Below, piece by piece: positions 19,464-28,170 of a stretch of DNA of 64,000 nt (positions are counted from its first letter, which is position 1; every line of letters begins with the position of its first letter). The stretch is from assembly GCA_002495905.1 (NCBI GenBank), contig DAHJ01000025.1:21995-85994 (forward strand), in the 5' to 3' direction. The notes beneath the pieces are model-generated. The model did not search any database. It saw only the letters and a list, made by a program, of their open reading frames with translations, and had not been told where the DNA came from. The translations under genes and the position numbers were made by a program. The stretch comes from Thaumarchaeota archaeon UBA223. Lineage in GTDB: Archaea; Thermoproteota; Nitrososphaeria; Nitrososphaerales; UBA57.

Positions 19464-20675
19464 TTAAGGCAAATAAGGCAAAAGAAACATAGATAAAATT
19501 AGAAAGAGGATAGAGAAAGACACAAGTCTACTTATATAATCAATTTTATTTGGAGAAATTTTGTTTTTAGTAATAGATTTCAATCCGCGTTTAAAGGCTT
19601 GACCTCCATCCAATGGTCCCAAAGGCAGGGCATTAAAAACACCTAAATTGAAATTAATAAACCAAATCCAGAAAAGTAGATTTGTCAAAATAGTATATTG
19701 GCTTCCCAAACTAGAGGTGTAAAAATTTTGCATAGAAGAAGAAAAGGGAACAGAATAACTATCACTAGATGGAAAAGAAAAATATACTAAGATATTTGGA
19801 GAGATACTAAGTCCATTTTGATACCTGGATAATGAGTCGTCGATATCAACAGAAGGCCTCATAATTCCAATAAAAGCTTCTTCAGGATTATCTGGACGAC
19901 TAGACAAAACAATTTCATGATCAGATTGAACAGATTGGCGTTGAATTGTCAGAACAATGGTATCTCCAGGACTAAGAGAATCAAAATTGTCTGAAAAAGA
20001 GTCCGAGTCAGTTACTGGAATATTATTAAGATGAGTAATTATGTCACCAGGAAGTAAGCCAGAAAGATTAGCAGGAGAATCTACAACAATTTGACTAATG
20101 GGTATTCCATCGGCAACAGGTTCCATAGTATTAACAACTCCAACTAAAAGTAGTAATGAAATAAGTCCTACTACAATATTACTGCCAGAACCTGCAGCAA
20201 TTATACGACCTGATTTTTTAAAAGATGTAGAATCTAATTTAGTATCGTCAACTTCAACGAAAGCACCAATCGGTAAGAAAAGGAATAGCATAACTCCAGA
20301 AGATCTAACTGGAACATCAACTGCTCGTGCAATTACGCCGTGTGAAAGTTCGTGAATAACAATACCAATGAATATTGCAATCCAGCCATAAATTATTGGA
20401 AGATAAGGATTAAGACCGGGAATTAATAAAGCGCCTTGAGGACCTGTTTCACGAGCGATTTCTCGGACTTCAGGAAAAGAAAGATAAAGAGATGCAGTCA
20501 ATAGAAGTATAGATATAGCTAAAAGAGAAAATATAGGCATAAGAAAGAGTGATATCCAACTCAAAATTGATATAAAACGAAATTTAGATAATTTTTCCAT
20601 TAAACTTTTGCCTCTAGAAGTTTTTATTATAACTAAAGGAAAACGGAAATCGAAATTAGAATCTTCATCAGCCAT
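19464..20675 (-). CDS. site-2 protease family (M50) metalloprotease with PDZ domain
   Basis: 403 aa polytopic protein with an HELSH zinc motif, an internal PDZ-like segment (GLLPGDIITHLNNIPV) and an NALPLGPLDGG motif. Confidence 0.88.
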   Translation of the reverse strand: MADEDSNFDFRFPLVIIKTSRGKSLMEKLSKFRFISILSWISLFLMPIFSLLAISILLLTASLYLSFPEVREIARETGPQGALLIPGLNPYLPIIYGWIAIFIGIVIHELSHGVIARAVDVPVRSSGVMLFLFLPIGAFVEVDDTKLDSTSFKKSGRIIAAGSGSNIVVGLISLLLLVGVVNTMEPVADGIPISQIVVDSPANLSGLLPGDIITHLNNIPVTDSDSFSDNFDSLSPGDTIVLTIQRQSVQSDHEIVLSSRPDNPEEAFIGIMRPSVDIDDSLSRYQNGLSISPNILVYFSFPSSDSYSVPFSSSMQNFYTSSLGSQYTILTNLLFWIWFINFNLGVFNALPLGPLDGGQAFKRGLKSITKNKISPNKIDYISRLVSFSILFLILSMFLLPYLP

Positions 20676-20774
20676 GAAATATGAAATAATTTGAAAGGTA
20701 TAAAGATTAATTGAAAAACGAATATTTTACTGTCGGAAGAATAATCAATAAATATTCGAAGGAATTATAATTAC

Positions 20775-21077
20775 TTGTTGAAAATACCTGTAAGACGATG
20801 GGATGGAGAATCAAGAAAATGGCTTGATGAATTGGATGGAGTAATAAAAGCTCCAGCAAAAATGGATAAATCTGCCGGAATGCAGGAAATCGACCCTAAA
20901 ACAGCGACAATTTGCGTAATGTGTGAGAAGATAATAACAAAACAGCAACTAGATGGTGGAAGAAGAACTTACTGGAATGAAGGTATAAGTAACGGAAAAT
21001 TGATTAAAGCTGGATGGATTCATCAAGAATGTTTAGGATTTAATTCTGGAGTGTATGAAAAGGCATACATGCCTTAG
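20775..21077 (+). CDS. hypothetical protein
   Basis: 100-aa ORF with a TTG start in the track, a CVMC pair and a later H..EC. No family recognised. Its 3' end overlaps the convergent DUF59 gene by 4 nt. Confidence 0.35.
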   Translation: MLKIPVRRWDGESRKWLDELDGVIKAPAKMDKSAGMQEIDPKTATICVMCEKIITKQQLDGGRRTYWNEGISNGKLIKAGWIHQECLGFNSGVYEKAYMP

Positions 21078-21388
21078 TTATTTTCATTAATTTTTTCATT
21101 AATTTGTTTTGACATAGCATGTCCTGAAACAATTACCTTAACATCGCCTATTTTGTCCATTTTCTCCACGCTTTTTTTGATATCCATAGAAATCTGTAGA
21201 GCAAAAACTGGAGGACAATATGGAGTTGTCGCATGATATTTGACTTCGACAGAATTATCTTCAGAAATATTAACCTCGTCTATCAACCCATTGCCTTCGC
21301 CCATTTCAAGAATAGGAACATTTATTTCTGGATCAACAACTTCAGACATAGCTTCTAAAACATCGTCTTCAGAAAAATCTGTGGACAT
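21074..21388 (-). CDS. DUF59/MIP18-family Fe-S assembly-related protein (SufT-like)
   Basis: 104 aa. The pattern VLEAMSEVVDPEINVPILEMG...TTPYCP is typical of DUF59. Confidence 0.75.
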   Translation of the reverse strand: MSTDFSEDDVLEAMSEVVDPEINVPILEMGEGNGLIDEVNISEDNSVEVKYHATTPYCPPVFALQISMDIKKSVEKMDKIGDVKVIVSGHAMSKQINEKINENN

Positions 21389-21403
21389 ATGATACAGGCC
21401 TGA

Positions 21404-21871
<468 letters not shown>

Positions 21872-21933
21872 TTATGGTTAATATCAAAGTTGAAAGAGTA
21901 TATAACTGCTGTTATTTTATATTTAGTAATAAT

Positions 21934-23088
21934 TTATCGAGGAGGTATCTTTTCTAATGCCTTGGATATATCTGATTCAGAAACAGTAAGAGAGAACCTT
22001 ACATAATTATCACCTTCATTTCCAAAACCGGAACCAGGAGTAACAACTATTCCTTGGTCCAATAAATTCATAGCAAAACTTTCACAACTTTCATCAATCT
22101 TCATCCATAAATAAAATGTGCCAGAAGGCATTTTTACATCATAACCAAGTTTCAATAGACCATTATAAAGTAAAGACATTCTATTTTCATATGTTTCGAT
22201 ATTATCTAGAATCTCTTTAGGAGGTTTTCCATTAGAATAACTCTCGAGTGCAGTTGTAGCAGCATGTTGAATAAATTTAGGTGAACCAGAATCTATTTGA
22301 TTCTTGATTTTTTTAAGACCGTCAATAAGAGATTTATTCCCTACAGCAAATCCAATTCGATATCCAGTCATATTGAACGTTTTTGACAAGGAGTGAAATT
22401 CGATGCTGTTTTGTCTTGCATTTTCACATTGTAATATAGAAGGAGCAGAATACCCTCCATAAGTTATTTCAGAATAGGCATTATCATAAACAATAATAGA
22501 TTTTTTATCATTACAGATATTCACTATATTATTAAGTTCTGATAGTTGAATAATTGCACCAGTAGGATTATTAGGATAATTCAAGTATATTCCAGAAAAA
22601 TTAGTTTCTTGTAATTGATTACTTTGAGGAATATAATTAGATTCAGCAGATAAATTAATAATTGCTGGTTTGAAATCATTCAAAATAGTTCCGCCATGTT
22701 CATAAAGAGGATATCCAGGATTGGGTACAGCAATAGTATCGCCTGAATTAAAAAACGCACGAAATATATGTGCTAGTCCTTCTTTAGAACCAATCAATGC
22801 ACAAATTTCTTCATCAGGATCAATAGATACGTTAAAACGTTTTTCAAACCAGATAGAAATACTATCACGAAAAGATTTTTCACCCGCACTAGAAGAATAA
22901 TTATGATTTCCAGGAATAGAAAGACCTTCGATTAATGCATCATTGATGAAATTAGGTGTTTTTAGATCAGGATCTCCTATACCAAAACTGATAAGATCAA
23001 CCCCTTCTTGACGTTTTTGAGAAATTAAAGACTCAAGCTTAGCAAAAGGATAAGGAGGAAGTGAATTTAGAAGATCAGAGTGTTTCAT
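21934..23088 (-). CDS. dapL: LL-diaminopimelate aminotransferase (DapL-type class I aminotransferase)
   Basis: 384 aa. LPPYPFAKL...GIGDPD, NPTG and SLSKTFNMTGYRIG (PLP Lys). ATGA overlap with lysA inside the dapA-dapB-lysA operon. Substrate assignment rests on context and motif memory. Confidence 0.7.
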   Translation of the reverse strand: MKHSDLLNSLPPYPFAKLESLISQKRQEGVDLISFGIGDPDLKTPNFINDALIEGLSIPGNHNYSSSAGEKSFRDSISIWFEKRFNVSIDPDEEICALIGSKEGLAHIFRAFFNSGDTIAVPNPGYPLYEHGGTILNDFKPAIINLSAESNYIPQSNQLQETNFSGIYLNYPNNPTGAIIQLSELNNIVNICNDKKSIIVYDNAYSEITYGGYSAPSILQCENARQNSIEFHSLSKTFNMTGYRIGFAVGNKSLIDGLKKIKNQIDSGSPKFIQHAATTALESYSNGKPPKEILDNIETYENRMSLLYNGLLKLGYDVKMPSGTFYLWMKIDESCESFAMNLLDQGIVVTPGSGFGNEGDNYVRFSLTVSESDISKALEKIPPR

Positions 23089-24368
23089 TTAAACCACGTA
23101 ACAACTTTTTGACCCTTAATTAAATCATTTATAGTTTCTCTTTGTCTTATTATTTTGTACTTCTTTTTGTTGATCATTACTTCAGCAGCTCTAGGGCGAG
23201 TATTATAATGTGAACTCATGGAGAAGCCATATGCTCCAACATTTAATATAGCTAACAAATCACCTTCTTTTACAGTACCAATCTTTCGATTTTTTGCAAG
23301 AATATCGGTATTTTCACAGATTTGTCCGCAAATATTTACTGGTTTCTTAGGTCGAGAATTTAATCTACTAGCATTCAAGACATGATGATAAGCATCGTAC
23401 AAAGCAGGTCTTAATAATGTATTCATGCCAGCATCAACACCAATATATTTTATTGGGCCAGATTTTATTGAATGAACGCTTGTTAACAATATAGTAGAAT
23501 CAGCTACTAAATATCTTCCAGGTTCAACAAATAACCAAGGATTATTAAGAATTTTAGAAGATTTTTTGCCATTAAAAATTTTGCCAATATCGGAACCAAC
23601 TTTTTTAATATCAAGTGATTTTTCTGGAGGCCGGTAAGGAATTCCAAAACCTCCGCCAATGTTTATGAAATCAAGAGAAATCTTACATTCTTCAACTATT
23701 TCAACAGCAATATCAATTAATTTGTTTGTGGCTTTTTTAAAATAAGAAGCATCAAGAATTGATGAACCTGTCATCATATGTATTCCGAATTTTTTTACTC
23801 CAGCTTTTTTAGCTATATTATAAGACTCGATAGCATCATTCTTACTCATACCAAATTTAGTATTTTTTCCTCCAAATACAAGTCCACTATGTGAACCTCC
23901 TCCAATACCAGGGTTAATACGAAGGGAAATAAAATTCGGAGTTCCTATTCTAAGCAATCTAGGTAGAATTGAAGAACTATCTACATTAATAATAATTTTT
24001 TGTTTTAGTGCAAAAGAAAGTTGATCTTCAGAATTGTAATTTCCAGTATATAGAATATCTTTGCTGGAAAAACCCATTTTTTTAGCTAAAGAGATTTCTT
24101 CAGGACATGAACAATCAGCGCCGCTACCTAAAGAATTGAATAATTTAAGAACAGAAAGATTGTTGTTAGCTTTTACTGCATAATTGATTTTAAATTTATC
24201 ATAATGAGAAGAGAAAGCTGAATGTAAATTATTATAATTAGAGATTATTCTTTCTGAATCAGTAACAAATAATGGAGTACCAAATTCATTAGCAAGTTTA
24301 GCAGTATTAACATTTGCAAAGAATAATTTGCCATTTATATTTTTTAAAGGAGTTTCGATTTTCCACAT
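23085..24368 (-). CDS. lysA: diaminopimelate decarboxylase
   Basis: 427 aa type III PLP decarboxylase: YAVKAN, GGGFGIPY, EPGRYLVA, and CGQICENTD near the C-terminus. Confidence 0.92.
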   Translation of the reverse strand: MWKIETPLKNINGKLFFANVNTAKLANEFGTPLFVTDSERIISNYNNLHSAFSSHYDKFKINYAVKANNNLSVLKLFNSLGSGADCSCPEEISLAKKMGFSSKDILYTGNYNSEDQLSFALKQKIIINVDSSSILPRLLRIGTPNFISLRINPGIGGGSHSGLVFGGKNTKFGMSKNDAIESYNIAKKAGVKKFGIHMMTGSSILDASYFKKATNKLIDIAVEIVEECKISLDFINIGGGFGIPYRPPEKSLDIKKVGSDIGKIFNGKKSSKILNNPWLFVEPGRYLVADSTILLTSVHSIKSGPIKYIGVDAGMNTLLRPALYDAYHHVLNASRLNSRPKKPVNICGQICENTDILAKNRKIGTVKEGDLLAILNVGAYGFSMSSHYNTRPRAAEVMINKKKYKIIRQRETINDLIKGQKVVTWFK

Positions 24369-24375
24369 ATTTATG

Positions 24376-25173
24376 TCACTGACGTGATATTACATCTTGC
24401 ATACTATAAATTCGTGGTTCTGAGATATTATTAAGCCAAGTAGCAGCAGAAAGTGCACCTCTTGCAAATGCCAAACGAGAGAATGCAATATGTTCTAGTC
24501 TAAGAATTTCATGTTGGCCGGCAATACTAACTTCATGTATTCCAGGCGTTCCTCCAAGCCTTTCAGAGGTGACTTCCAATTGGGATTTCTCACGTTTTCC
24601 ATGTTTACTGCGATTAAAAACAAGATCTTCGTAGCCTTTAGAGTCAGAAATGATTTTTGCAATTGAAAGCGCAGTTCCACTTGGAGAATCAATCTTCTTA
24701 GAATGATGTTTTTCATTTATACTAATTTCAAATTCATCAGAAAGTTGACCAACTAATTCAGAAATACGAAAGAGAAAATTCATGCCAATAGAGAAATTTG
24801 AAGTAATTATAGAAGGAATTTTTTGCTCGAGAATCGAAACTAATTGAGAATATTGTTCGTCGGAAAAACCAGTAGTACCAATTATAACTTTTTTATTATT
24901 TTTGACATAAACAGGAGCATTAGTAATTTCTGAATCAGGAATTGTAGCAGATATAGTAACGTCGGCAGTTGAGATTGCAGATGATAAATCGGAAGAACTA
25001 GTAATTTGAATATCAGAATCAATTATACCAAGGTCATTTAATGATTTATCAAGGAAACTACTATTCGGAGCTTCTACTGCTCCAACTATATCAAAATTAT
25101 CAACACTTTCCTGAATGATAGATTTACCGAGTCTTCCACAAGCGCCAACAATACAAAGTTTAGTACGAGTCAT
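24376..25173 (-). CDS. dapB: 4-hydroxy-tetrahydrodipicolinate reductase
   Basis: N-terminal Rossmann motif VGACGRLG, and the motif EKHHSKKIDSPSGTA. I prefer the start at Met-5 (25173), which reduces the overlap with dapA. Confidence 0.9.
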   Translation of the reverse strand: MTRTKLCIVGACGRLGKSIIQESVDNFDIVGAVEAPNSSFLDKSLNDLGIIDSDIQITSSSDLSSAISTADVTISATIPDSEITNAPVYVKNNKKVIIGTTGFSDEQYSQLVSILEQKIPSIITSNFSIGMNFLFRISELVGQLSDEFEISINEKHHSKKIDSPSGTALSIAKIISDSKGYEDLVFNRSKHGKREKSQLEVTSERLGGTPGIHEVSIAGQHEILRLEHIAFSRLAFARGALSAATWLNNISEPRIYSMQDVISRQ

Positions 25174-26206
25174 AATACAATCCATTTATGTGTTTATCAG
25201 AGTATAATCTTTCTTGAAAGTCGATATCAAAAAAGCTTTCTGCAGGCTTGAATAGGTCACTATTTTCATAGACTAACTTAGATTGTTCAAGTATAAAATC
25301 TAAGGCTTGTTTAGTGACTAATCCAAGAGGTTGACGAGATGGACCAGAAGGTAAACCAAGTATTCTCATTAATGTTTTTGTAGGTACAGGATTACGTGAC
25401 TTTACAAGTACTTCTCCCAGATTAGTAGATTCAGTTGTTTGAACACCAACTAATTTGAACAATGGTGAGGCATTTTTTTCAAGATCTATATAATCAGAGT
25501 TATCTTCAAGAGTTTTTAGAACTAATTGAGTAATTGCACCAGGAACTAGATTAGATGCAACAGATATAACTCCAGTAGATTTTATAGAATCATTCTGGAT
25601 CAGTTTCACAGTCTTATCGTCGTCGCCAGACAGAATACAGAAATTTGAGCCGCAGAGTTTTCTAGTAAGTTCGGCATTATCAAAATCACCAGTAGCCTCT
25701 TTAACAGTGTTGATATTAGGATAGTTTTTGTAAGAAAGAGCGAGATCTTGTGGTAATAATTGTGTTCCAGTACGTCCGGGGATAATATAAGGAATAATAG
25801 TTACGGAAGGAAATTTGTTTGCAATGACTTCTATATACTCTTTACGAATTTCAAGTGAACTAGGTCCATTATAATAAGGATCAATAAGAAGAATATTTTT
25901 TATACCTAAATCATATGCAAATTGAGTAACTTTTAGACTTTCTTCAGTATTATTACTTCCAGTGCCAGCAATGATAGTTGTGCGTTCACCTGCAATCTCA
26001 TATACTGTTTTAATTATATCTTCATGCTCAGACCAAGACAATGTTGGACTTTCCCCAGTAGTTCCAGCAACAAGAATACCAGAAACTCCTTGAGATATTT
26101 GGAATTCAACAAGTTGAGTTAGACCTTCATAATCAACTTTATAATCATTAGTAAATGGAGTTATTAGAGCAGTATAACATCCTTTGAACAATTTTTTATC
26201 ATTCAT
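25160..26206 (-). CDS. dapA: 4-hydroxy-tetrahydrodipicolinate synthase (long form, 348 aa)
   Basis: ALITPF, GTTGES, and the Schiff-base Lys context VKEATGD. About 50 aa longer than typical DapA, through an internal insertion and a C-terminal tail. Confidence 0.88.
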   Translation of the reverse strand: MNDKKLFKGCYTALITPFTNDYKVDYEGLTQLVEFQISQGVSGILVAGTTGESPTLSWSEHEDIIKTVYEIAGERTTIIAGTGSNNTEESLKVTQFAYDLGIKNILLIDPYYNGPSSLEIRKEYIEVIANKFPSVTIIPYIIPGRTGTQLLPQDLALSYKNYPNINTVKEATGDFDNAELTRKLCGSNFCILSGDDDKTVKLIQNDSIKSTGVISVASNLVPGAITQLVLKTLEDNSDYIDLEKNASPLFKLVGVQTTESTNLGEVLVKSRNPVPTKTLMRILGLPSGPSRQPLGLVTKQALDFILEQSKLVYENSDLFKPAESFFDIDFQERLYSDKHINGLYYDSY

Positions 26207-26299
26207 ATTAAGTAATACTTCGAGTTAAGTACTGCGGAAATATACATAAAATAAATATAACAAATAAACCTAAAAACAAGACTACCAATAAAATTAAAG

Positions 26300-26401
26300 G
26301 GGCCCGTAACTCAGCTTGGTAGAATAATTTCGCCAAAAGTGACCGACTCATATAATTTCTGAGATATCGGTTTGTCGTGGGATCGAAGCCCACCGGGCCC
26401 A
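26300..26401 (+). tRNA. tRNA(CAU) (elongator Met or Ile2) with two putative short introns
   Basis: Acceptor GGGCCCG/CGGGCCC. T arm GTGGG-ATCGAAG-CCCAC. Anticodon stem ACCGA/TCGGT around CTCATA...A. It is 102 nt long. Removing about 15 nt in the D arm (26323-26337) restores the D stem ACTC/GAGT. Removing about 13 nt after position 37 (26357-26369) gives a 74-nt cloverleaf. Boundaries are good to about 2 nt. No encoded CCA. Confidence 0.8.
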
Positions 26402-26530
26402 CATATAATAATGATATTCATTTGAAATTATCAAATGATAAGAGAAAATCATATTCCCTAAAAGAAAATGACGAAAAAATAAAAGAAATTGATATAAAGA
26501 ATTGTATCTTTCGTATCTTGAGTGTCGTTA

Positions 26531-26618
26531 GCCGTCGTAGCTCAGCGTGGTAGAGCAGCTGACTGTTAATCAGCTGGCCGCAGGTTCAAGATTATATATG
26601 AAAATCCTGTCGACGGCG
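26531..26618 (+). tRNA. tRNA-Asn(GUU) with putative 14-nt intron in the T loop
   Basis: GCCGTCG-TA-GCTC-AGCGTGGTA-GAGC-A-GCTGA-CTGTTAA-TCAGC-TGGCC-GCAGG-[21 nt]-CCTGT-CGACGGC-G. Removing about 26590-26603 leaves the canonical TTCAAAT T loop and a 74-nt tRNA. Confidence 0.85.
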
Positions 26619-26623
26619 CTCAA

Positions 26624-27718
26624 TTATTTTTTTGATAAGATATATTTTTCTGAGAAATTTTTATAAGATTTTCTTAAATCGTTTTTATTAGTTGTTGATT
26701 TAAAACCAAAATTAGATAATTCCTCAACATTTCCAGATTCTTTTTGATCATGAGAATATTGAATACCGCGAACAAGGTCTATCAATAATCCACCTGCATT
26801 TGGTCCATCAGTACTTCGTAAATATATGTCAAATCGAACCTTTGAACCAAGGAATGAATCTCCTTCAATCCAGAAGTAATTAGTACGTGAATTACCCATA
26901 AAATCAACATAATCAGTAGTTCCTGAAACAGTTTGGACGTCATATGGTAATTCTGATTCAATAGTTTTGGACTTAACGTTTCGTTTCAAAGCGCGTAAAT
27001 CTTCGTCAACTGTGTTGTTAGTTTCAATTCCTCCACCAACGTCGAGTTGATAACTTTTATTAATTCGAATTCCTCGTTCGTGCATAAGATTCATAATTCC
27101 CTTGTGAAAAGCAGTTCCTCCAAATTGACTCATAAGATCATCTCCAACAACAATTAATTGTTTATCGTTGAAGAGTTTGACAAATTGTGAATTAGTTGAA
27201 ATACTTGTTGGCGAAGCATTGATAAAATTAGACCCAATGTCGCAAGCTATTTCAGCGTATTTTTCTGAACTTTTATGTAAACCAGATGAGATAAGGTTGA
27301 CTACAACATCAGGATTCTTGTTTTTTAGAGAATTTCTAAAATCTTCTTCTGAAAAAGGATCAAACCCCTTTTCTTTAGTCCATTCAATAGAAGATTGAAG
27401 GTTTTCATTAATGCTAGAATCAGAAAGAAGTCCAGGTTCAACGGCAATTCCAGAATCATCTAAATCAATGAATTTTTCTAGTTTATTTGAAGGTGAAAAT
27501 ATACTTTTATGAAGATCTTGTCCTCCGAGTTTATTTTTTTCTATATCATAAGCTCCAACTAATTCAATATCTGATACTTTATAATTTCCAATTAAAGGAT
27601 GCCAGAGTCCATGTTCGTCAGTTTTTTGATTGTTTTTTTCTAGATTTTTATAATAAGCAAGACCTTGAACAAATGCACTGGCTGAGTTGCCTACTCCAAG
27701 AAGTACGGTGCGAATCAT
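26624..27718 (-). CDS. myo-inositol-1-phosphate synthase
   Basis: 364 aa. The N-terminal LGVGNSASAFVQGLAYYK matches the bacterial/archaeal Ino1 pattern. There is a Rossmann plus tetramerisation core. Confidence 0.82.
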   Translation of the reverse strand: MIRTVLLGVGNSASAFVQGLAYYKNLEKNNQKTDEHGLWHPLIGNYKVSDIELVGAYDIEKNKLGGQDLHKSIFSPSNKLEKFIDLDDSGIAVEPGLLSDSSINENLQSSIEWTKEKGFDPFSEEDFRNSLKNKNPDVVVNLISSGLHKSSEKYAEIACDIGSNFINASPTSISTNSQFVKLFNDKQLIVVGDDLMSQFGGTAFHKGIMNLMHERGIRINKSYQLDVGGGIETNNTVDEDLRALKRNVKSKTIESELPYDVQTVSGTTDYVDFMGNSRTNYFWIEGDSFLGSKVRFDIYLRSTDGPNAGGLLIDLVRGIQYSHDQKESGNVEELSNFGFKSTTNKNDLRKSYKNFSEKYILSKK

Positions 27719-27925
27719 TTAATCACGAATAACCGAAACTAATCCAAAAATACCTGACAATATAAGAATTAAAGATATAAAATAATAGATAGGAACAATC
27801 TGAGGAGCAAGAGATTGAGTAGACGAAGTATAACTAGCAGACATCAAACCTAATATAATTAATACTATACCAATCACACGAAACATAATATCAGAATCAA
27901 GTTTTCGATTAGTAACAATTGACAT
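27719..27925 (-). CDS. small 2-TM membrane protein, hypothetical
   Basis: 68-aa ORF that abuts the inositol-1-P synthase start codon. Two hydrophobic helices. Confidence 0.4.
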   Translation of the reverse strand: MSIVTNRKLDSDIMFRVIGIVLIILGLMSASYTSSTQSLAPQIVPIYYFISLILILSGIFGLVSVIRD

Positions 27926-27969
27926 AGTCTAAATTTATAAGAACAAGGTATTTAGTCTTTCTACAAAAA

Positions 27970-28087
27970 TGGTGCCGGGGGTGGGATTTGAACCCACGAA
28001 CACCTAAGTGACGGGATGTCATATACTTGGCTCTCAAAGAGAGCGATCTTAAGTCCAGCGCCTTTGACCTGGCTCGGCAACCCCGGC
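27970..28087 (-). tRNA. tRNA-Leu(UAA), class II, with about 30-nt intron after position 37 and genomically encoded CCA
   Basis: Minus-strand read: GCCGGGG-TT-GCCGAGCCAGGTCAAAGGC-G-CTGGA-CTTAAG[intron with GCTCTC-TTT-GAGAGC hairpin]A-TCCCG-variable arm-GTGGG-TTCAAAT-CCCAC-CCCCGGC-A-CCA. That is 85 nt after intron and CCA removal. There is one U-C mismatch in the anticodon stem. Confidence 0.8.
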
Positions 28088-28170
28088 ATTATTTATTATT
28101 GATTTCAGTAGTTTATAATAAATTAAAAAGATTCACAATATAATAAAATAAGAGGTAAAAATAAGAGATT

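Noticed and set aside
26208-26402. 64-aa minus-strand ORF
   Set aside because: It is antisense to the tRNA(CAU) gene. Its N-terminus MGPVGFDPT is simply the reverse translation of the acceptor and T arm.
26491-26500. TATA-box-like gatataaaga about 32 nt upstream of tRNA-Asn, and similar TATA-like strings before many genes
   Set aside because: In DNA this AT-rich, TATA/BRE-like strings occur everywhere by chance. Without TSS data I cannot support individual promoter calls.
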